Origin: Eledone cirrhosa
Taxonomy: Eukaryota
Length of the DNA: 64,000 bases
Assembly: GCA_964016885.1 (NCBI GenBank)
Contig: OZ024740.1
Span: 373,612,001 to 373,676,000 of the forward strand
Direction: 5' to 3'
Both the position numbers and the translations under genes were made by a program. Position 1 is the stretch's first letter; every line of letters begins with the position of its first letter. The notes under the pieces are model-generated. The model saw nothing but the letters and a program-made list of their open reading frames with translations. It ran no database searches and was not told where the DNA came from. Below are positions 40,347-55,580 of the stretch, piece by piece.

Positions 40347-40883
40347 TTACCTGTTTTTATGTTAAAAAAAATTCTACGAACACACGATATCATAAAGAGC
40401 AAAAGACAATCTAAGTCAATGAAAAACATCTTAACACATGCCAAAGTACTGCCAACCACAACAACGAAACCCACAGTAAAAAAATGCGATAGACACAACT
40501 GTGGCATTTGCATCAACCTAATAGAGGGTTCGGAATTCTATTTCAAAGATGGACAACGTTTTATAGTAAAACACAATTTCACATGTGCATCGGAAAATCT
40601 AATATATGTATTAACTTGTTCAGGTTGTCGAGAACAATACATAGGCCAGACCAAAAACAGCCTCCGCCAACGCATGACTGTCCATAGATCCCAAATTAAA
40701 ATATGGGAATACAGGAAAATACCACTGAGTGAACACATTGATACCTGTGCCGCCCAAAATCATCCCAACTTCAGAATCTTTCCCCTCTACAAATTTAAAG
40801 ATAACGCCACCCACACCCAACGCATCACCAAGGAATCTTACTTCATTAACAAATACGGACCCTGTCTAAACACTTCTCCCTAA
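40347..40883 (+). CDS. PLE Cys-rich linker + GIY-YIG endonuclease (5'-truncated, frame open)
   Basis: KCDRHNCGIC..FTCASENLIYVLTCSGCREQYIGQTKNSLRQRMTVH..SEH..KESYFI..LN. Confidence 0.85.
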   Translation, partial: LPVFMLKKILRTHDIIKSKRQSKSMKNILTHAKVLPTTTTKPTVKKCDRHNCGICINLIEGSEFYFKDGQRFIVKHNFTCASENLIYVLTCSGCREQYIGQTKNSLRQRMTVHRSQIKIWEYRKIPLSEHIDTCAAQNHPNFRIFPLYKFKDNATHTQRITKESYFINKYGPCLNTSP

Positions 40884-41205
40884 GACGAACCCACAACATA
40901 CACACGTCAACATACATACCTACATCAGCACACATCTCTACCCACATATAAACACAATGACACACGTAAACACACATGCTCTATGGTGCAATACAAACAA
41001 ATATATGTGCATATATATGTGTGTATATATGTATATATATATATATATATGTAGTGCATATATGTATGTGTGTATATATATATAGTGAATATCATTTCAC
41101 ACCTTTTATTGTTAAGATTTTTGATGTTCTATTAAGAGAACCGATTTTACTGAAAAAATCGAATAATGTACACCATTTTACCAGGGGGAAAAAAATACTG
41201 GTCCA

Positions 41206-41264
<59 letters not shown>

Positions 41265-41392
41265 CACAAACACATACACACGCGTACATCAACATACAAA
41301 GAGACTTATACACACACACACTCACACACACACGCACTTCTCCATATAAGACAAAAGCTGAAAAATATCTTTTGACCTTCGAATGACTCTGC

Positions 41393-41446
<54 letters not shown>

Positions 41447-41537
41447 CACACTTATCTTAATAGCCATTTGACACACCTCGCTGCTGGCCATTGTCGCAGC
41501 ATCGAACACCTTACTACTACTACTACACACACACACA

Positions 41538-41583
<46 letters not shown>

Positions 41584-41922
41584 CACACACACACACATAT
41601 TTGTTGTGAAAGAGTCATTTCTCAATCTTGGCGTAAAACCAATTTTTTATCCACATGACCTCTACCGACCAATCAAAATTGTTTTGACCAAGAATTTTGC
41701 TGGAGCCACTTTTTTAACTTTTTAACATAAAAACAGTCTTGGCGCAAAATCAACTTTTTACATTCACATGACCTCTACCGACCAATCAAAATTGTTTTGA
41801 CCACAAGCATTTTTGCAACACAAAAATAACGCTGGAGCCACTTTTTTAACATAAAAACAGTTAGAATTCCCCAAAACTAATCAGATCAGAGCAAACAGCA
41901 CGGACACTCTATCTCAAAATTA

Positions 41923-41961
41923 TTTTTTGAAAAGCATTTAGAAATGCGCAACCGGTAAAAA
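41923..41961 (+). ncRNA. HHR-like motif, U3-A8 with GCAA (sister of 40252)
   Basis: tttt-TTGAAAA-gcattt ag aaatgc-GCA-ACCGGT-A-aaaa. Confidence 0.55.
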
Positions 41962-42117
41962 CTTAAAAACTTAAAACCACAACTGAATACTAACCCATAC
42001 AATCACTAATACTCTTTTATTCCTAATTAAACCATTTTTCAACTGTGAACAATTTGTCAGCATTTTCTATTCCGTTTACCAATATATAATAACTTGTGTG
42101 TTACACCTCTATTCTTT

Positions 42118-42183
<66 letters not shown>

Positions 42184-42320
42184 TTAAACAAGTATCAATG
42201 ACTACATCAAATAATGAGTTTTACAATAGATTGGAAGCACTCAACAAAAAAAAAAGGTTTTCATGAGTTATTAATATTAATTCAACATATTAACAAAATA
42301 TATATTCTTGTGATCAATTA

Positions 42321-42392
42321 TATTTTATTATACATATTTCAGAGGTACTGAGTTAAGTTCAATTCAACAGTACGTCCTCATCAGATAAAATA
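42321..42392 (-). ncRNA. Type I hammerhead ribozyme (family B), intact core
   Basis: Minus: tattttat-CTGATGA-ggacgtactg...cagtacctct-GAA-ATATGTAT-A-ataaaata. Perfect 8-bp helix I. Confidence 0.82.
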
Positions 42393-43159
42393 AGATGATA
42401 CATGACATACCCTGACATAGTAGATGGTTAAGATTCAGTCATGGTAGTGATTAACTTGTGACAACATTCAATATTTATACCCTAATATTGAGAACATGAG
42501 ATAACATAATACAAACAATAGAGAGGGAACGTGTAATAGAGCTTAAAGGATTTACGAAACATGAAAGCATTATATATATAAGCATAAAAGCATTATATAT
42601 ATATTTTCTTTCTCGTGCTTCGTAAATCCATTAAATTTGTTTTCATAAATTTGAATTTTAGAAATTAAACATAAGTATAATATTAATACTTTTAAAACCT
42701 ATTAACTTTTAAAACCTAAAATATTATTCATTACTCTGAAATAACTTAAATTAAATATTTTGAAAATTAACCGCCAGGTATATTAATTTGGGCATGTGTT
42801 GCATATATGGAAATCTGTATATAAACTTGAACATAAATTACTCCCCGTTGTCTCTCTCTCTTTAATCATCTTTCATCTGTTTTTTCAAGCCACCTACTAA
42901 ATATAGTATCACATCAGCTGTTTCTTCCTCTCTGCTTTCCTTTCCCTCCTCTATCTCCAGTAGTTTTTAAAAATAAAAAAAAATGTTATAACTGTTATAT
43001 TGATGCCATGTATTTCTTAACCTCTATTACACGCGCGCTCTCTATTGTTTGTATTATGTTATCTCATGTTCTCAATATTAGGGTATAAATATTGAGTTTT
43101 GTCATAAGTTAATCACTACCATGAATGAATCTTAACATTCTACTATGTCAGGTAAGTAT

Positions 43160-44190
43160 ATCATATAGTTCTATGTAAACATATTACAAATTATCAGAGT
43201 AAATATGCATACATACAGAGGGAATAATGGACCAGAAATACATATAGTAATCTCTTTGACATAACTATGGGCTTTAGTGATTCCACCCAAATTACCGATC
43301 TTGTGGGCCTATTTCTTCTATTTAACATTAATTCATCTTTTCCCCACCTTAAAGTGGCTTATATCGTGATGACTGTCTTCTTCTTTCCACTAATCTTAGC
43401 TTATCAGAAATTTAAATAAATTTAAAACTTATTAGAACTTTCCTCAAAGACTATTACAATCTCACTATTACATTTGAAAACACCAGTAAAATAGTCAATT
43501 TCCTAGATACAACTTTAGACCTATCTACGGGTATCTACCAACGTTACCATAAACCTAACCAAAGCTTACATTACCTAGACTCACAATCCAACCACCCTAG
43601 ATCTATCCTTAAAATCCTAGCATATAACATCTCACTCAGAATCTCTAACCTTTCATCTAACCAGGATGTATTCGATAAACATGCGCCCTTTTATAACGAA
43701 GCTTTAGCTAGAAGCGGCCACACAAACAAATTAGTCAACATACCTTGCACCAATAATACTTCAAACATACAATATTACCAACAATATTACCAACAATATT
43801 ACCAACAAACACCAAATGAAAAACACACACAAAATGTCACTCATACTACACCTAGAAATGCCAACCTAAAACTTAATTTCTCTAGCTCTTCTCACATAAA
43901 ATATAATGATTTTCAAAAAACCATTCATCCTAATACTCCAATATATTTTAACAACATTACTAACAAAATTCCTAGTAATCAGACTAAAACACCTAAATCA
44001 GTTAATCTAACTAAACCTATATATAATAAAGTCACTAATAGTACCTCTCTTAGTAAACGTGCTGATGCAAAAGTAAAAAAAAACAATATCGAAACCGCAA
44101 TAGATGGGTTACTTGGTATAATGCTCCATTTAATCTACAAATTAAAGACAATATCCCTAAAATATTATTTGCTATACCACCAATACATTA
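43160..44190 (+). pseudogene. PLE reverse transcriptase (Nematis-like), degraded
   Basis: LFDITMGFSDSTQITDLVGLF, GLYRDD, VNFLDTTLDL, SNHPRSILK, RISNLSSN, YNEALARSGH, WYNAPFN. Confidence 0.8.
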
Positions 44191-44931
44191 AACCAACCAT
44201 AATACTCAAATAAACCGCAACAAACCTCCATCTCCTTCACCTATAACAAGTCGAGTAAACTGGATTTTTGGAAGATAACCTACCAATAACTCCCCCCTCT
44301 CTACTTTAGCCCTAGAGTCCTGTCAATAAACGGACAGTCACACACTTAGGTAGTTAGACGGCTAACATAGTTTGCGCACTTGCAAAGATACTCGGCCTGT
44401 TTCCACGGTGTTCTCATAGATGAGAGCTCTCTTTTAGAATACCTAGCTAGTAAATAGTTAGATTGATTGCACACTTAGTTAGGACCGATTACGCTCCCTA
44501 TACATAGCTCTACACACAGTACTCGCTTCCTTTAGACATTGAGCTCCAACATTTACGAGTGTCACGTTCCTACCGACTGAACTCTACACCAGGTTTAATG
44601 CGTGATCATCTAACCATGGAGGACTCATTTTTATGGATTGAACAATGATACTGACACACCATTAATGGGCCTACACAGATTCACTGTCCTGTATTTTCTT
44701 ACTTCACCTACTATGCTGAATAACACACCTCCACCACTCAAACAACTATCTTAAAAGCTCATTGGCCCATGTGGCGGGAGAGCACACTTGCGGAGTCATT
44801 TACCCTATACCCAACCCTTACATAGAGCCCTTTGCCGGCCCACATTGCAGTTGCTTGCACGCACGGATTTGGTTATTTTGATTCTCAACTGGACAGTGGT
44901 ACACAAGGAGTTCGACATGAGCTGAATGCTT

Positions 44932-45400
44932 GCTCTTCACATGGATGTGTATATACTCGGATATCCCCCCCCCCCACCCTTTTTTGGACGATTCGGATGT
45001 GTGTATACCATTTGCCATAACACACACTTGAAGATATGGATGGTACAATTGGATGTATACGCGTATAGCAGAACACTGAACTGAACTTACTTTCGCGCAC
45101 GCACGTGTGTGTGTGTATATGTGCGTAGCGTTGGTTAACCCAATATTTCCAATCTACATCGTCAAATTGAGCTCTTCACATGGATGTGTATATACCCAGA
45201 CTTCCATTTTTTTGCTGATTCGGATGTGTGTATACCTTTTGCCATAACACACACTTGAAGATATTGATGTTACAATTGGATCTTTACATGTACAGCATAA
45301 CACTAAACTGAACTTACTTGCGAGCAGGCGCTTGTGTCTCTGTGTATGTGTGTGTAGCGTTGGTTAACTTAACATTTCCGATTTACATCGTCAAATTGAG
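44932..45400. repeat. ~239-bp tandem duplication
   Basis: gctcttcacatggatgtgtatatac...catcgtcaaattga occurs at about 44932 and 45171. Confidence 0.85.
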
Positions 45401-45877
45401 ATTTGACCGACATAATTTATGTTGCTTTACGAACTAACTTTTCGGTGATTGCTGTGTTGGTACATTCTTATATATGCTTTTTCTCGAATGTCGTTTCGGT
45501 GAGTGTTGGGGTGTATGTGTGCCCACCCACGCTAATTCTGCGGGTTTAATACTGTGTTGTTGTGTGTATATATATTTATTTTTATGTTTATTTTTATTTT
45601 TATTTTTATTTGACCTCGAGCCGATGTATGCGGGTGTGCAGTGTGTGTGTATCCACTTACTTCTAACTGTGACTGATTGCATCCCTACGGATTTGTTTCG
45701 ATGTCCAGCGTTTTTTGCAGCGATGGAAGTCTGAAAACCTTTGTGACTTCAATTTTAAGCTAATAGCAGTCGCCTCGTCCCTGACTGACTGGTGTGTCTC
45801 CATAGGAGGGAATGAATTATGTGAGGTAACATCGTTTTTTTCTCCCTCATATCAAGAAATTTAAAGACAATTCATTT

Positions 45878-45951
45878 TCACCTGATGAGATCAGTGATAA
45901 TTGATCGTGGCTTCACAATCGATCTATCCCTTATTGAAACATGTGTCATGA
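45878..45951 (+). ncRNA. Type I hammerhead ribozyme, intact core, weak helix I
   Basis: tcac-CTGATGA-gatcag...cttatt-GAA-ACATGTGT-C-atga. Confidence 0.65.
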
Positions 45952-46687
45952 TTAAATGATTGGAATTTTACCTTGCCTACGGATTTTCATTTTGATATAT
46001 ATATATATATATATATATTTATTTATTTGTTTATATATATTACATATATATCTACTAAACTAAGATATCGCCATTTTTTATTTCGATTAATATATACTGT
46101 ATATAACAATCGAAATAAAAAAAAATCGTGTTATCTTTGTTTAGTAGATATATATGTATATACGTGTGTATGTGTGTGTCTAATTATTATATTGTCTCAA
46201 ACACTCTTATGGTTGAGTTAACCTGAAAGTACCCACCTTACTACCCGGCTGTGACTCCTGTATCAAGCAGTAATTTCACCCCTACCCCTTGAGATATTTT
46301 TCACTTGCTACAAGGGAGTCAGTCCTCTTTCTTGGCCGATGCATCACGTGTTTATTTATCTCTCAGGACATAGAGATTTTCTCACTTGCTGCCTGCAAAC
46401 GCGTCTGGAAAACGTTCCTTCCCTCATGTGTTCCTTTGGAAGCTGGTTTTCCTCACAACAATGTTGCATATCTATAATGTACAATTGTTGCATACGGAAC
46501 AGCGAAACTGTACAGTCGGAAGTTTGAAGAAAATATAGGTATATACCTGTGTCTATTATTTAACTCTTATTTCACAATTTGAGATATATATATATATATG
46601 GCACGTTAGAACTAGAAAGTCATATAAAATACTTCGTGTTCTTCGTTCGGTAAATATTTTCCTTTCTTCATTTCGTGTACTAGGATC

Positions 46688-46774
<87 letters not shown>

Positions 46775-47453
46775 TCTCTCTTTCTCTCTCTCTCTCTGTT
46801 ACTTTAGCTCGAAGTTCACAAATTATTTGATGTTCTCCTTAATTCGCCAATTTTAGTTCATGCAATTCTATATTTCCTGCTACATTTTTTCTCCTAGTTT
46901 TGACGGCTCTCATTTGCCTTTCGGAAGCATAAATTATATTTTTAACATTAATATTCTGTCATTTCATCTCCCTACGTAATTGAATCTTACACGAAAAAAG
47001 AAATAAAAAAATAGATCTAAAATAACGAGTTACGGTTCATTAAAATATATCAAAGGATATGGCCAAAATGGCACTGTGTTTTTCTGCATTGAAATATCCT
47101 GTTTTTTTTTTATCCTGGCGTTAATAGCCATTCTATCACTTACCAGATAATTACTGTCTTTATTTAAGCTACATTCTTCAAATCAGGATTTCACTCGATG
47201 GAATTTTTCTTTATTATTGAGAAAAGTACATAGTAGTTAGCAGCAATAGCATTGCAAGTTAACTGTAACGAACGCCCCCAAATTGTAAATGCATATAGAA
47301 ATGAATGGCAGCTGTAAAGTGTGTGAAAGTAAAGGGAAAAATAATAATGTCGATAGAATTGACAGACACGGGAGAATCATTGAGCAACATTTGCTCACTG
47401 ACAAGCAAGTAAGCCTAGGATCTTTATTTCTGTCTCTCTCTCTCTCTCTCCCC

Positions 47454-47497
<44 letters not shown>

Positions 47498-48084
47498 ATA
47501 TATACATATCTATCTATCTATCTATCTCTCTCTAATATCAATCAAATGATTCACAAAAAATATAAAGGGAGTGTTTCTCAACGTATCAGGTAATAATTTA
47601 AATGTATTTTTGACTATCTGTAATAGTCATGAATATTTGTTAAACACTGCAGACATTACCTTACAGTGTTTACTTATTTTGATTATTAGTCTAATGGTCT
47701 ACTTAGTTTATTAATCCTGCTGTGATCAACTATACCGTTCAGACTTCCAGCATCGACACACACACACACACACACAAAAAGGGTTCATTCTACATCGATG
47801 TTCCCATCCTCCATAATGCACTGGATTTTATCAAAGTTATTATTTGAGAAAGTTGGCATTTCTATTTCTTTTTATTTGTTTTGCTTAATTGTGTAGTTTT
47901 ATCGTTTTTGAAAAACATATTCATTAACATATAAACCAGCCCCAAGGATTATTTTAAATACATAATGTTTCATACTATGGCAAATATGAAAGAAATCCAA
48001 TAGACATGAAAAATTAAATTTAGAGTTCATAAATCACCGAGTATTTAGAGATAGTGCCTAGAGCAGAATAGGGGACACCATTTC

Positions 48085-48470
48085 CAGGCAATCATCTACT
48101 TCTAACGCTGCAGGGACTTCAGCAAGGAAGGAATTGTATTCGGGCTGCTTGTTTGGTGCATAAACATGCACTCCACCCACAGAGATCTAGCCTTCAGCCA
48201 ACGCGTCAAGAGACACATCCTCCCTCCTAATGGCATCCAGTCCGTAACACATTCTGATAGCCGGAGGATTGTGATTATCCTTATTCCGCCTGTGCAGTCA
48301 TATCTGGCGCCACACATGAATAGTTGAGTTTCCATCCTCCATCCAAATCTACAGTATCAGAGACATGGAACTTTGTTGAGGAAGACTATATCTCACCCCT
48401 AGTTCATCTGCCCTAGCTGTAATTGTTGTGATGTTCTTGGTTCCAAATGTCAAGGATTGCTCCCTGCAGG
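48085..48470 (-). pseudogene. RTE-clade LINE apurinic endonuclease relic
   Basis: LTFGTKNITTITARADEL, GWKLNYSCVAP, RLSECVTDWMPLGGR and VHVYAPNKQPEYNSFL, read across frameshifts. Confidence 0.7.
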
Positions 48471-49511
48471 GCACTATTTGGGGTATTGGGAAAAGCATTA
48501 TGTGTGCATCCACACCACGCTTCCCAGGACATGTCGCAAGGCCATCGCGAGTTTCTGATTCATGAAATATTTTTTCGAACAGGCCCATGTATCTAAGCCT
48601 TGAACACGTCCCTTGTTAACCTGCGCGAAGGACGACTTGGTATGATTCTTCTCTCTTCTCCTAATCATTTTGCAGACAATGTACTAACAACCTCTAATGG
48701 AAATTTAAACAAAGCCGTATTGCATAATCTCTCAGGAACCAGAAATAACGCTCCAAGCAATTATACAAAGCCACTGTAATAAAAGTCCATTTGTATGTGA
48801 CACTTTTCCACTGCATATGTTTGAAGCTAGGAGTTGTGTTGTATGAAATGTGAAAGCCCTACTATATATGTAAGTAAATTGTGACAGGAAAAATAGTTGA
48901 AAACGTAAAAGAATAGTTCATGTCGTGTGTTTGCATTCGAACCGAAAATGTATTTTTTTCACTACGCAAGAAAAACGTTTCATGAAAGCAGAGCACATAA
49001 TTTAGCGATTGGGCTTGACGCTATTGTCATGAATTTTATGTATAAATCATCAGGGTCCCCTTTTAAGAGATGCATTCGCAATATCTAGCCAAAACCAGCA
49101 AGGATAAACATTTCATGAATATTCATAAACATTGGAGAATACGAAATGGCAATAGATTCATCTAGAATGATAACCATTAATTAGGCATTAGAGTTGGTTT
49201 TTCTAATCGATTATTTCTATTCCATATTGCAGTACATGTAAATGATACTTTATACACAGATTCACATGAAGGTAATCAATTTTACATGCTTATCCTACAT
49301 CGAAGTTTCTGTTCAGTTCTGTCCTTTAAGTACGTTAGATTTCCTGTAATTATAGTTAGTGCATCTCAAACGAAATTATTAACTTCTAATTGGTATATGC
49401 TGCAATAATATCAACAAATGTCTTCATTATATTCAATGATTCACGACATAAGTATTGCGTATTCTCTACATTCTGAATAATATAATCCATATATATTGAA
49501 CTAGACAAATG

Positions 49512-49832
49512 GAACCCCGTCGGTTATGATGATGAGTGTTGACGTTGATATGACTAACGGAAGAGCCTGCTCGTGTAATTAAGGTCCAAATGGCTGAGTA
49601 TTCCACAGACACGCATGCCGTTAATGTAGTACTCAGGACAATTCAGGGTGACGCAGCATGTGATATGTCTGGTCCTTCAAATTAAAGTGACACCTACTTA
49701 TTGCCTGCTGAGTGAACTGAGAAATAATGAAATACATGTTATTGCAAAGGACAGAACGTGCCACCTTGAATCGATATTCCGAACTTAGGAGAGTGAGTTG
49801 AATACCCTAATAACTAAAACCCCTTGCCTTCA
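49512..49832 (-). mobile_element. Degenerate CORE-type tRNA SINE
   Basis: cgtcggttatgatgatgag..gcctgctcgtg..tggctgagtattccacagacac..gctgagtgaactg..ttgcaaaggacag resembles a common octopus SINE (from memory). Confidence 0.6.
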
Positions 49833-50317
49833 CTACACTTCATATACTACGCAGATAAATATTCCCACTGGTTTCAATATTCTAATTAATTGATGGAAAA
49901 AGGGTATCTTAGGTCTGTTGTAACTTGAAACATGATTAAAATATAGAATCATGAATGCATAGTTGCCATATATAGACAGCATTGTTTTACAGCTGGATGG
50001 TTACAACTTAATGCTAGAGAATGAAATAAGAACTGGATACGTTTATATTTAATTCATTCAGCTACCTAATAATTCCACATATAGTTTTTTTCTTCTTTGG
50101 AAACCGTATCACCCTACAAGAAACAGAAGGAATGTTCGCCATACATGACCGTTTACGGTTTCGAAAGAGTATTAGAATTCATTTGGAGTATAGTGGCGAA
50201 GCTGAAATTCTCCGGCATTAAAGTGATTATTGTTGCCCTCATCACATTTTCACTTGGCATCCAAATCATCCGAAACACTCTAAAACACACACACATAATA
50301 TATATATATATATATAT

Positions 50318-50358
50318 AGGAACCAGTAAGACCCCGACAGCTGAGCTCAAGCCGTTTC
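50318..50358 (-). mobile_element. Family A 41-bp micro-insertion (HHR helix III only)
   Basis: aggaaccagtaagaccccgacagctgagctcaagccgtttc inside (TA)n. Confidence 0.7.
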
Positions 50359-50393
50359 ATATATATATATATATATGTGTATATATATATGTG

Positions 50394-50514
<121 letters not shown>

Positions 50515-50638
50515 ATATATATAAACGTACGGCTTCTCCGTACGTTTCTTCGGAAACTATGTTTATTTCCTTTCAGAAAATAATTGGTTGGAGTGAAATT
50601 GTAGTAAGTAAGTTAATTTTATAATTTTCTTATATTAC

Positions 50639-50736
<98 letters not shown>

Positions 50737-50740
50737 TATA

Positions 50741-51568
<828 letters not shown>

Positions 51569-51569
51569 C

Positions 51570-52000
51570 CATGCTTCATTTTGTGTACCAACCCACCGTA
51601 AGCGGGCCATTGATTTGTGAGGAAGATCGTTGCTGCTGTACTTAGGTTACCTTCATTCACCAGGCATTTTGGATAGTAGAATGTCAACATGTTTCTAGAA
51701 AGCTTCCACGTCCTCAGATAGATCTCTCAAGTTTCCTGACAGTTTATAGAACAGTTGGGGTCATTTAACCCCTGGAGGATGCAATATCTACTTCTTTCTC
51801 TAGATTTGAAAGACGGGACACCCTGTTCTCTAGATGCGAAAGACAGTGACACCCTTTTGGAGGGCTGGCCCAGCTCACAATGCCACAGTTTGGTTATAGT
51901 CCCTCCAAGATCTTCCATATGTATCGCGGCATGCCTCACCTGACTGCCATCTAAGGAGTAGATTTTAATTATTTTACCGTCTCCCAATATATCAATACGA
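51570..52000 (-). pseudogene. CR1-group LINE ORF2 3' end, degraded
   Basis: [46 protein letters not shown]. Confidence 0.65.
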
Positions 52001-52135
<135 letters not shown>

Positions 52136-52477
52136 GGTGTGTGTGTGTGTTTGTGGATGTATGTGTGTCTGCCTGTATTCATACCTCTTGTTTCATTTTC
52201 GTCACAAAATGGAAATCATCATTCCTCACACAGTTCAACTGACCGCTTAGATTTTCTTAAACGTAAAATACTATTTTCTCCATCTGCTAAGCCTACTCAT
52301 ATTAGTGCATATTTCTAGAGGTGGTTTTTGTCCAATACATAAACCTAGTGGAAGTAGCAATTATTTTCTCTGGATTTATAACCACACCAGTTCCAATATC
52401 AACATTCGTGCCGCTTAGGCACCGGCAAAAAACGACATTTTCAATGCGAAAGCTTGGTATTTTAATATTACATGAAT

Positions 52478-52668
52478 AGCAATGGGTGGCAGTATTGGTA
52501 GAGGGTCGGACGCAATGCTTTGACTTATAGAGTTACGGCCCTTGTCATTCTGAGTTCAAATCCCGTCAAGGTTAACTTTGCCTTTTATCCTTACGGGGTC
52601 GATAAAATAGAGTACCAGTAATGCACTGGTTAATTGCTGGCCTTGTGCCTAACGTAGAAACAATTATT
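52478..52668 (+). mobile_element. tRNA-derived SINE
   Basis: Same family as 6105. Confidence 0.85.
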
Positions 52669-52678
52669 TATATACGTA

Positions 52679-52870
52679 GGCGGTGAATTGGCAGTATCGG
52701 TAGAGGGTTGGACGCCATGCTTTCTAGCATAGTTACGTCCATTTACGGTCTGAGTTCAAATCCCGCCAAGGTTTACTTTGCCTTTCATCCTTACGGGGTC
52801 GATCAATTAATGTACCAGTAATGTACTGGGCAATTGCTGGCCTTTTGCCTAAAGTAGAAACAATTATTTA
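52679..52870 (+). mobile_element. tRNA-derived SINE, head-to-tail behind the previous copy
   Basis: Same family. ttatttatatacgta follows both copies (TSD-like). Confidence 0.85.
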
Positions 52871-53135
52871 TATACGTAAAGCTGCAGATAATTTCCTTTA
52901 TTTCCATTAAAAATAATAACAAAAGTCATACGACAACAAACGTTATGAAACATGTGAATAATCTATCTGTCCCACCAAGTATAATATGTTGAACCTTAGC
53001 CCAAGCAATATCACTTCTCACATATAAAGTATCAATATGCTCAGAGAGCAAGAATATTCACAATATTAAACAGAGATTCTAGTATCTTAAACAATTGTGA
53101 TGCTACTCGACCGAGTATGTAGTTACGAACACATA

Positions 53136-53189
<54 letters not shown>

Positions 53190-53382
53190 GACTGCAGCTA
53201 CTGGCTCTGTTGCTGTTACTAATGGTGCTTGATGTTCTATTGACTCAATGCACTGACCAAACATAATTATGTATTCTTCACGGTGCACAACGTTCGTAAG
53301 TATGCACTGACGCAAACAAACACACACACGCACACACACACACACGCGCGCGCGCACACACACACACTAACACATACACACA

Positions 53383-53463
<81 letters not shown>

Positions 53464-54205
53464 TTGGGGGGTGGGGGAACGTGAGAGATAAAGAGAAAAA
53501 CATATGGATATTTTTTTTCGTTTGAGTAGTGAATTGGAATATTATGTCTACAAAGTGACAATTTATGATTACATATGTTTGTAGACTGCTATGCATGACA
53601 ATGGTTGTTCTACTGTTTAACATGTAATATGGTAATTCAATTTCCATGAATCGATAAAGTGATATCATCAGAGATAATATTGTGTAAATGCGTGGAAGAT
53701 CCCGTATAAAACGAAAAAGATAAAATAGTACTTAATTAGACAACCATTGGGATTAATTGTGTAAATAGAACAATTTATGTTTTGATAAGCTCTACATTTA
53801 TTTCTTTGTTTTTTAATCACACTTCAAATGATAGCATCATTGTGATTCGTGGTGGTGTTTGATTATAGGGATTCCATTATTATATAGTCATATATATACA
53901 TTTTATTGATTCACTGACCAATTTTTATCTTCGTTCACGAAATGGAAATGGTATGAGAAACTGTAAAAGATTACATCAAGCACTACTGCTCACAGGGAAA
54001 ACAAAAGTAATGAATTACTCCCGTTAATTAAAGATCTTTAACGGATCATTTGATACGTGACAAACGTGATACATATATATTTAAACAATTATATACATAA
54101 ATATGGATAGTAATATAGTTGATCGCCTATTGTTGAGACCAAATGCTTACATGATTTGTATTCGTGAGAATTTCGTTTGTTTGGCTATTTAGGAAACAGT
54201 AGATA

Positions 54206-54814
54206 CTAGCAGTGGGACGCTGCGTTGCACGGGATAAGGTATTTTGGAACACGGGCCGCCAACATTCCTAATCGTGGAAAAACTTCATGCCTGGATAATA
54301 TGTAAAGAAAATAATCAAATATTCTGATGGCTGAATAATATTTAAGATTTCCCTCGATGAAGCAGGAAAAATGCAGGAAAATGAAATGTTTTCATGTGCA
54401 TAATATGCCTTGAAATTTCGGGAAAAATCGGCTTGACGTAATGCCTCAAAAAACCCTTAAACAGCTTAATAAATGAAGTTTTTCACGTCGTGCGGACCCA
54501 AAGGCATAAACAAATTGGATTTTCTTTACTCACGGTATGAAGAAGAGACTGAATAATAGATAGTTACTAATTTCAAGGAAATAGGTCTGTCGTAACGCCT
54601 CAAAGAAACCCTAAAACGCTGAAAAACGCAGCTTTTCACCTAATGTGGGCCCTAGTGGATCAAAAGGTTGAAAGTGCATAACACTCCCTGAAACATAATC
54701 AATACATATGTAATGTTTGAAAAAAGTCGGTTGGGTACTTCTCGAGTTTTAGGGATTCAAACTCTCCCCCCCCCCCACACAGGCAGACATTCTCAATTTT
54801 ATATATATATATGA
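54206..54814 (-). mobile_element. Non-autonomous Helitron
   Basis: Minus strand starts TC(atatatatatataaaattgagaatgtctg) and ends cccgtgcaacgcagcgtcccactgCTAG. Inserted between A and T with no TSD. Confidence 0.75.
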
Positions 54815-54943
54815 TATTGTTTTAGCGAGAGCAATATGAATAGAAAGAAATACAGTTATATATGTATGTATATATATAATTTATATGTATATATATATAT
54901 GACATTCTCTTGCTTTCTCTCTCTCTTGTTCTCCTTCTCTCTC

Positions 54944-54998
<55 letters not shown>

Positions 54999-55002
54999 GT
55001 GC

Positions 55003-55033
<31 letters not shown>

Positions 55034-55291
55034 ATTGGCTGCGACAGGGCGCAAGCGTTTCGATCATACAACTCCTTACTTTCTACGGTAGTTATTCCGG
55101 TTTGAGAAACAACTTTGATTGACAGGTGACATATGAAAGGAACCATATAAATGAAGGCTGTGAATGGTCAAAACTACCGATGACGGTAAAATGTTTGATC
55201 ACTTATCGACAGACAACAACATGATTCAAACTGGCGAGTGAAGGCCGCAGGAATAACTGAACATTTGGAAACTCTACTTCGAAAAATCGAC

Positions 55292-55384
55292 ACGTATCTG
55301 AGGATCTTGCAATTTCCGAGCCAGGTTCGACCATTGTATCGATCGTGCATCGAGCTGGACGTCAGAGAAACGATTGTAATATGT
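55292..55384 (+). ncRNA. Type I hammerhead ribozyme with long helix II, intact core (inside TA-flanked insert 55033-55430)
   Basis: acgtat-CTGAGGA-tct..ccaggttcga..tcgagctgg..aga-GAA-ACGATTGT-A-atatgt. Confidence 0.78.
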
Positions 55385-55580
55385 CTGATAAATTGTAATT
55401 CATCGAACCACTGATTATCCGTATCATATGATATATATATATATATATATATGTAGGAGGTGAGTTTTATTGTAGTACAATAAAGCAATGCAGATATCGG
55501 ATAAGAAGCACTCTACAGTTTGTAGGACTGGAGTATACATAATATATAAGATCAAAAGATGGTTAAAGGAGTTCCATGTA

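Larger units (their letters stand above)
40131..42122 (+). mobile_element. Neptune-like PLE (family D), 5'-truncated with inverted pLTR
   Basis: 40131-40346 is inverted relative to 41865-42082. Contains a GIY-YIG ORF, a microsatellite-rich 3' UTR and an internal ~120-bp tandem (41627-41860). (TA)n flanks. Confidence 0.9.
42181..45995. mobile_element. Composite PLE cluster: family B inverted pLTRs, RT relic, long 3' region ending in an HHR
   Basis: 42410-42540 is inverted relative to 43022-43155. RT at 43160-44190, 239-bp tandem at 44932-45400, HHRs at both outer ends, TA flanks. Confidence 0.7.

Noticed and set aside
37504-40883. GIY-YIG ORFs as homing endonucleases or selenoprotein-encoding N-terminal-EN PLEs
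   Set aside because: The EN is C-terminal and followed by a 3' UTR/pLTR as in canonical PLEs. No in-frame TGA at Cys positions was seen.
46290-46460. Possible Tc1 transposase C-terminus on the minus strand (RLQAASEKIS..INKHV)
   Set aside because: Too degenerate, with no termini.
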